Of a stretch of DNA of 10,539 bases, positions 7,242-10,539 are shown in pieces (positions within the stretch are counted from its first letter, which is position 1; each line of letters opens with the position of its first letter). Under the pieces are notes generated by a model. The model saw nothing but the letters and a program-made list of their open reading frames with translations, was not told the DNA's origin and ran no database searches. Both the position numbers and the translations under genes were made by a program. Source of the stretch: Gemmatimonadota bacterium (lineage in GTDB: Bacteria; Gemmatimonadota; Gemmatimonadetes; Gemmatimonadales; GWC2-71-9); contig JAZDCZ010000301.1 of NCBI GenBank assembly GCA_036679605.1, forward strand, positions 1-10,539. The letters are read 5' to 3'.

Positions 7242-7983
7242 TCATCCGGCAGGAGAAACCGAGCGAATCTGGTGTGATATCTGAGATAGCGCCTCAGCAA
7301 AATCATCCATTTGAATCGGCCGCGTAACGCTATCTGATTGTAGCGCAGCCAGAAAGGCGCGTCAGCGGCGCTCTCCGCGAGGTGTCGAAGGTCGGCCCCG
7401 CTCAGCCCTTCGGTTCTCGCAGCCAGTACCTCGAGGTCGACGCCCGGAGAAACCAGTCTGCCACGCAGGCAGGCCTTGAGGATTTGCCGTCTAGCTGGCT
7501 GGTTCGGCAGAGCGACCAAGACCTTGGCGTCAAAGCGCCCGGGCCGCATCATGGCCAGATCGATCATGTCCGGCTCGTTCGTTGCACCGATAAGTAGCAG
7601 CACGTGGCCATCGGGCGCCTCAGCCAGACCGTCAACTTCTCCGAGGATCTGTGAAATAACTCGCTGCATGATCGTCGATCCGTTTCGTCGCCGACTCGGG
7701 ACCAGTGCCTCCACCTCGTCGATGAACAATACGGCACGCGTCTCGCGCCGGAGCGTCCGAAAGAGCCGATCGATGTTGGCCTCCGCCTGGCCCACTTGGC
7801 CAGACATTATGTCGCTCGGCCGAACGTGGTAGAAGGCTGCGTCCACTTCGGTAGCGACGGCCTTCGCCAGCATGGTCTTTCCCGTGCCGGGGGGGCCATA
7901 GAGTAGCAAACCCCCGCCAGTCCGGACGCCGTAGTGCCGGGCCTTCTGGGGGTGCAGCACCGGCAGGATCATGCGCAGCTGGT
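7242..7983 (-). pseudogene. CDC48/Vps4-like AAA+ ATPase, 5'-truncated, with a single-base frameshift near 7360
   Basis: Walker A GPPGTGKT, Walker B LFIDEVE, sensor GATN, Arg finger MRPGRFD and lid GLSGADL. Restoring one base at about 7360 gives AADRAFLAALQSDSVTRPIQMDDFAEALSQI...stop at 7242. The frame begins at QLRMILP with an in-frame stop just upstream. Confidence 0.85.
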
Positions 7984-7993
7984 TGCACTCTGT

Positions 7994-8104
7994 TCACCAT
8001 GTCCTCCGCGCCTTCTTCTCGATGACGAACCGCGCAAGACCGTCATCGATGAGTTTCGCCGTCTCCCGCTTGTACTTCGGCATGAGGTGAAATGCAGCGC
8101 CCAT
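7994..8104 (-). pseudogene. Short gene remnant, homologous to 9740-9830; possibly a tyrosine recombinase C-terminus
   Basis: MGAAFHLMPKYKRETAKLIDDGLARFVIEKKARRTW*; nucleotide similarity to 9755-9806. Confidence 0.35.
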
Positions 8105-8121
8105 GTCGTGGGCACGCCTGA

Positions 8122-9359
8122 TCAGCCGCTAAACGCCGCCTGGAACTCAGCGAAATCTGCCAAGTCGATGTCGTCTTCGGTGTCGAAGTCGAACACATCC
8201 AGGCAATCCCGTGACGGTGTGGTAAAGCTGGGGCTCCCGACGGGCCGCTCAGGCAAGCTGGGAACTCGGCGAAATCGAGCTCGTCCACATCGCCGTCGTT
8301 GTCCCAATCCCCCTGCAACTTCGGCGGGACCACGAAATCGACGATCATCGGGAGGTGGTCGAAATATCCTGGCGGGTCGATCACCACATCGTTGAATTCC
8401 AAACCGGCGGCGACAAGGTCGTTGGCCGTCATGGATGTAGTATTGAGCACGAAGGAGTCGCCGACTGCGACCGTGCTATTGGTGTAGATGATGCGATCCA
8501 GCGCTCCCGGATTGAACGATCCGCCATCTGCCCGCCAGGTATAGAAGTCTGGCCCCACGGCATTGTGCAACGGCAGGGCGTCGGTGTTGTCGGTGTCATC
8601 CCAGTCGGGGGACAGGTCCGGTCCGTAGGTGCCTTCGTAGAGCGGATCGATGTCGCCAGTGACCAGCGTGGCCAGGTGTTCGTGCGGGTCGGTATCGTAG
8701 ACGTTCAGATCGCCGAGAACCACGATGGGGGTGTCGGCTGGCAAGTCTATCGCGCCACCAGGAGTCGTAATGTCACCGATCCAATGGATGATGGCGGCGG
8801 CGTGCTGCTTCCTGCGGTTGATGTTCGTCGTGCCCCCACCGGCCTTGAAGTGGGCGTTCATCAGATAGAGGTCTAACCGGTAGGCGTCATCAGGCAGATC
8901 GACCAGAGCCATGGCCTGACCGCGGTTCGTGGTCGGGTTCGTATCCGTGGCAAGCATGAGCAGATCCCAGCGAGCGGCGATGACGTTGTCCGTGCTCTTG
9001 TGGGAGCGCCAGGTCTCACCGCCTCCCAGGGGTAATTCCTCATCGAGAATGTCGGCAACGTCCTGCGGATTACGATCCCAGCCGATTTCCTGAAGACAGA
9101 CGATGTCGGGATTGACGGCGGTGACCACACGCCGGAACTCGGCAACCATGTTGTAAGCGCGATATGGATCATTGTTGGGATCGTCGTCCGGGAAGATCGA
9201 ATCCCAGTTGATGTTGTAGCACAAGATGCGCACGTGCTCCGGAGCGGCCTTCTGCATGAACGAGGGCGGGTCGGCGGCAACGCCGTCCACAGAGATCCCC
9301 CAAGCCACGGTCAAGGCGCAAATCCAACACCGATAGTTCCTGATCGAAAGGCGCTTCAT
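8122..9359 (-). CDS. Secreted endonuclease/exonuclease/phosphatase (EEP) family protein with dockerin-like C-terminus; single-base frameshift at about 8230-8233
   Basis: Signal peptide plus RILCYNI, PDIVCLQEI, LMNAHFK, VVLGDLN, LDRIIY and DHLP motifs. Adding one C to the C4 run joins GDWDNDGDVDELDFAEFPACLSGPSGAP to SFTTPSRDCLDVFDFDTEDDIDLADFAEFQAAFSG* (stop 8122). As written, the ORF runs to 8043. Confidence 0.9.
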
Positions 9360-9478
9360 ATTCCTCCATCCTCCTAGGTTCCGAAGAGATCCCCCAAGCC
9401 ACGGTCAAGGCGCAAATCCAACACCGATAGTTCCTGATCGAAAGGCGCTTCATATTCCTCCATCCTCCTAGGTTCCGA
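9291..9478. repeat. Perfect 94-bp tandem duplication covering the RBS, start codon and first 23 codons of the EEP gene
   Basis: 9291-9384 is identical to 9385-9478; ORFs starting at 9359 and 9453 share MKRLSIRNYRCWICALTVAWGIS. Confidence 0.97.
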
Positions 9479-9576
9479 CTCGCCGCTGCTCATCGGGTGT
9501 CGTGGGCGACCGATGTTGACGACGCAACCAATCGACCGCATTACCCAACGTTTCCCTCTGCCGAGCCCTTGAGCGC

Positions 9577-9606
9577 ATTCTACCAAAGCGAAATGGCTCC
9601 TTTCAA
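9577..9606 (-). promoter_or_regulatory. Putative sigma70 promoter of the EEP gene
   Basis: Minus strand TTGAAA-N18-TAGAAT with TG at the extended -10 position (TGGTAGAAT). Confidence 0.55.
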
Positions 9607-9739
9607 ACAGGTAAAGCCTATTTCGCCGTAGAACCTTGTCGTTTGCTCGGTCTGTCGTGCCGATGCTGCTCCAGCCACCTGTGGAACAAGGCTTTCTGCT
9701 GGTTTCTGCGCAACCCCACTTTCCGCCCAACGTGAATCC

Positions 9740-9830
9740 TCAGAACTCAAACGGGATCGAATTCGCCATCTCCCGCTTGTCCTTGGACTTGAAATGAATG
9801 CACCGCTGGATCGTTCATTGAACTCCCGTT
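9740..9830 (-). pseudogene. Short gene remnant, homologous to 7994-8104
   Basis: TIQRCIHFKSKDKREMANSIPFEF* ending at 9740; the upstream frame is broken. Confidence 0.3.
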
Positions 9831-10033
9831 TGGTCGGGGTCTACACGGCGCAGAATCAATTGCAGCGGCTTAGGTGGGTGTTTGGACGCCTGCCCCCAAC
9901 GCGCCCAGCGCCCACAGACGCGAGAGGCGATGACTCCAGCCCCCCCATGATTGTGCTACTACGCGCGTCGGCCGAATACGCCCCGGGGCGTGGCGACCGT
10001 CTGTGGCCCGTGTTCTTGCTCCAGAGCCGCATC

Positions 10034-10061
10034 GTGGCACGAATAAATTAAAACGTGCCAC
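10034..10061. repeat. Perfect inverted repeat with an all-A/T spacer
   Basis: GTGGCACG-AATAAATTAAAA-CGTGCCAC. Confidence 0.7.
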
Positions 10062-10539
10062 TGTCGCCGTAGAACGCAGCCTGCGCGAAGGAAAGGGCCT
10101 TCTCGGGCACGATAGGGTATGTGGGCGCGGGCGAAATCGCTTCGATCTGACTGCCCCAATATACATCCTACTGCCGACAAGACGCCCGTTCTCATTCACG
10201 CGGGTCGGCGTTACCGACGGAGGATCCACCAAGACTGGCCTTGGCGCTGCCGCAAGATGCGTTTTCCGGCGATTTTGGAACCCGACCACCCCGCGTGGAA
10301 TGGTCGAATATCAACAATACATCCTCGTGCCGCGTTGGATTGCACTTGGCGGCGACGCGCAGCCATACAGGCAATCGCAGACATTCTGGACGCCCGCAGA
10401 AGCGGCTCGGGATACATTTCGGCGTCCCTCGCGCACGTAGCCCGCACGAGGAATTGCGCAAAACGGCGCAATGTCGTCTGGCGGCAGCGCCAAGCGGAGT
10501 GGGGTGGTTGAAAATATCGTGCGGGGTACATTCTCCGCC

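Noticed and set aside
651..7983. AAA ATPase plus S8 peptidase as an IetAS-type defence system
   Set aside because: The genes are over 4 kb apart on opposite sides of an att site, the S8 is a secreted dockerin-tailed enzyme, and the ATPase is broken.
7632..8000. 122-aa ORF with GGAGG upstream
   Set aside because: It is an out-of-frame overlap with the ATPase, with Arg/Pro/Ala-rich shadow composition, and the GGAGG is only 2 nt from the ATG.
9748..9832. Structured ncRNA or riboswitch (CAAACGGGA...TCCCGTTTG pairing)
   Set aside because: It matches no family I recognise, and the region is better explained as a coding remnant homologous to 8048-8100.
10034..10050. Sigma54 promoter (TGGCACG)
   Set aside because: The -12 TTGC element is missing on both strands.
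9794..10531. Several overlapping ORFs of 60-145 aa
   Set aside because: None has recognisable motifs or convincing starts, and they overlap mutually in GC-rich DNA.

Overview
This GC-rich bacterial window looks like a mosaic accessory region or integration hotspot. The dockerin/EF-hand-like C-termini of its secreted proteins suggest a Planctomycetota/Phycisphaerae-type host (inference). From left to right it holds: the 3' part and probable right end of an IS3/IS481-type DDE transposase; an intact secreted S8 subtilase with three Cys-rich repeats and a dockerin-like tail; a truncated lamin-tail-domain-like secreted gene; and a 42-nt 3' fragment of tRNA-Gly(CCC) that starts exactly at the anticodon loop and is surrounded by arm-type, IHF-like and 11-bp-phased repeats (an att site). 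Next come a complete AbiEi/AbiEii type IV toxin-antitoxin operon with promoter and inverted-repeat operator, two convergent uncharacterised genes with ADP-ribosyltransferase-like motifs, and a 5'-truncated, frameshifted CDC48-like AAA ATPase. Last are a secreted EEP-family hydrolase with a frameshifted dockerin-like tail and a perfect 94-bp tandem duplication of its RBS/start, and about 1 kb without a convincing gene. Two diverged copies of a short coding remnant resembling a tyrosine-recombinase C-terminus flank the EEP gene. The best candidate for a new system is the AbiE-linked pair of ART-like genes just inside the att site.
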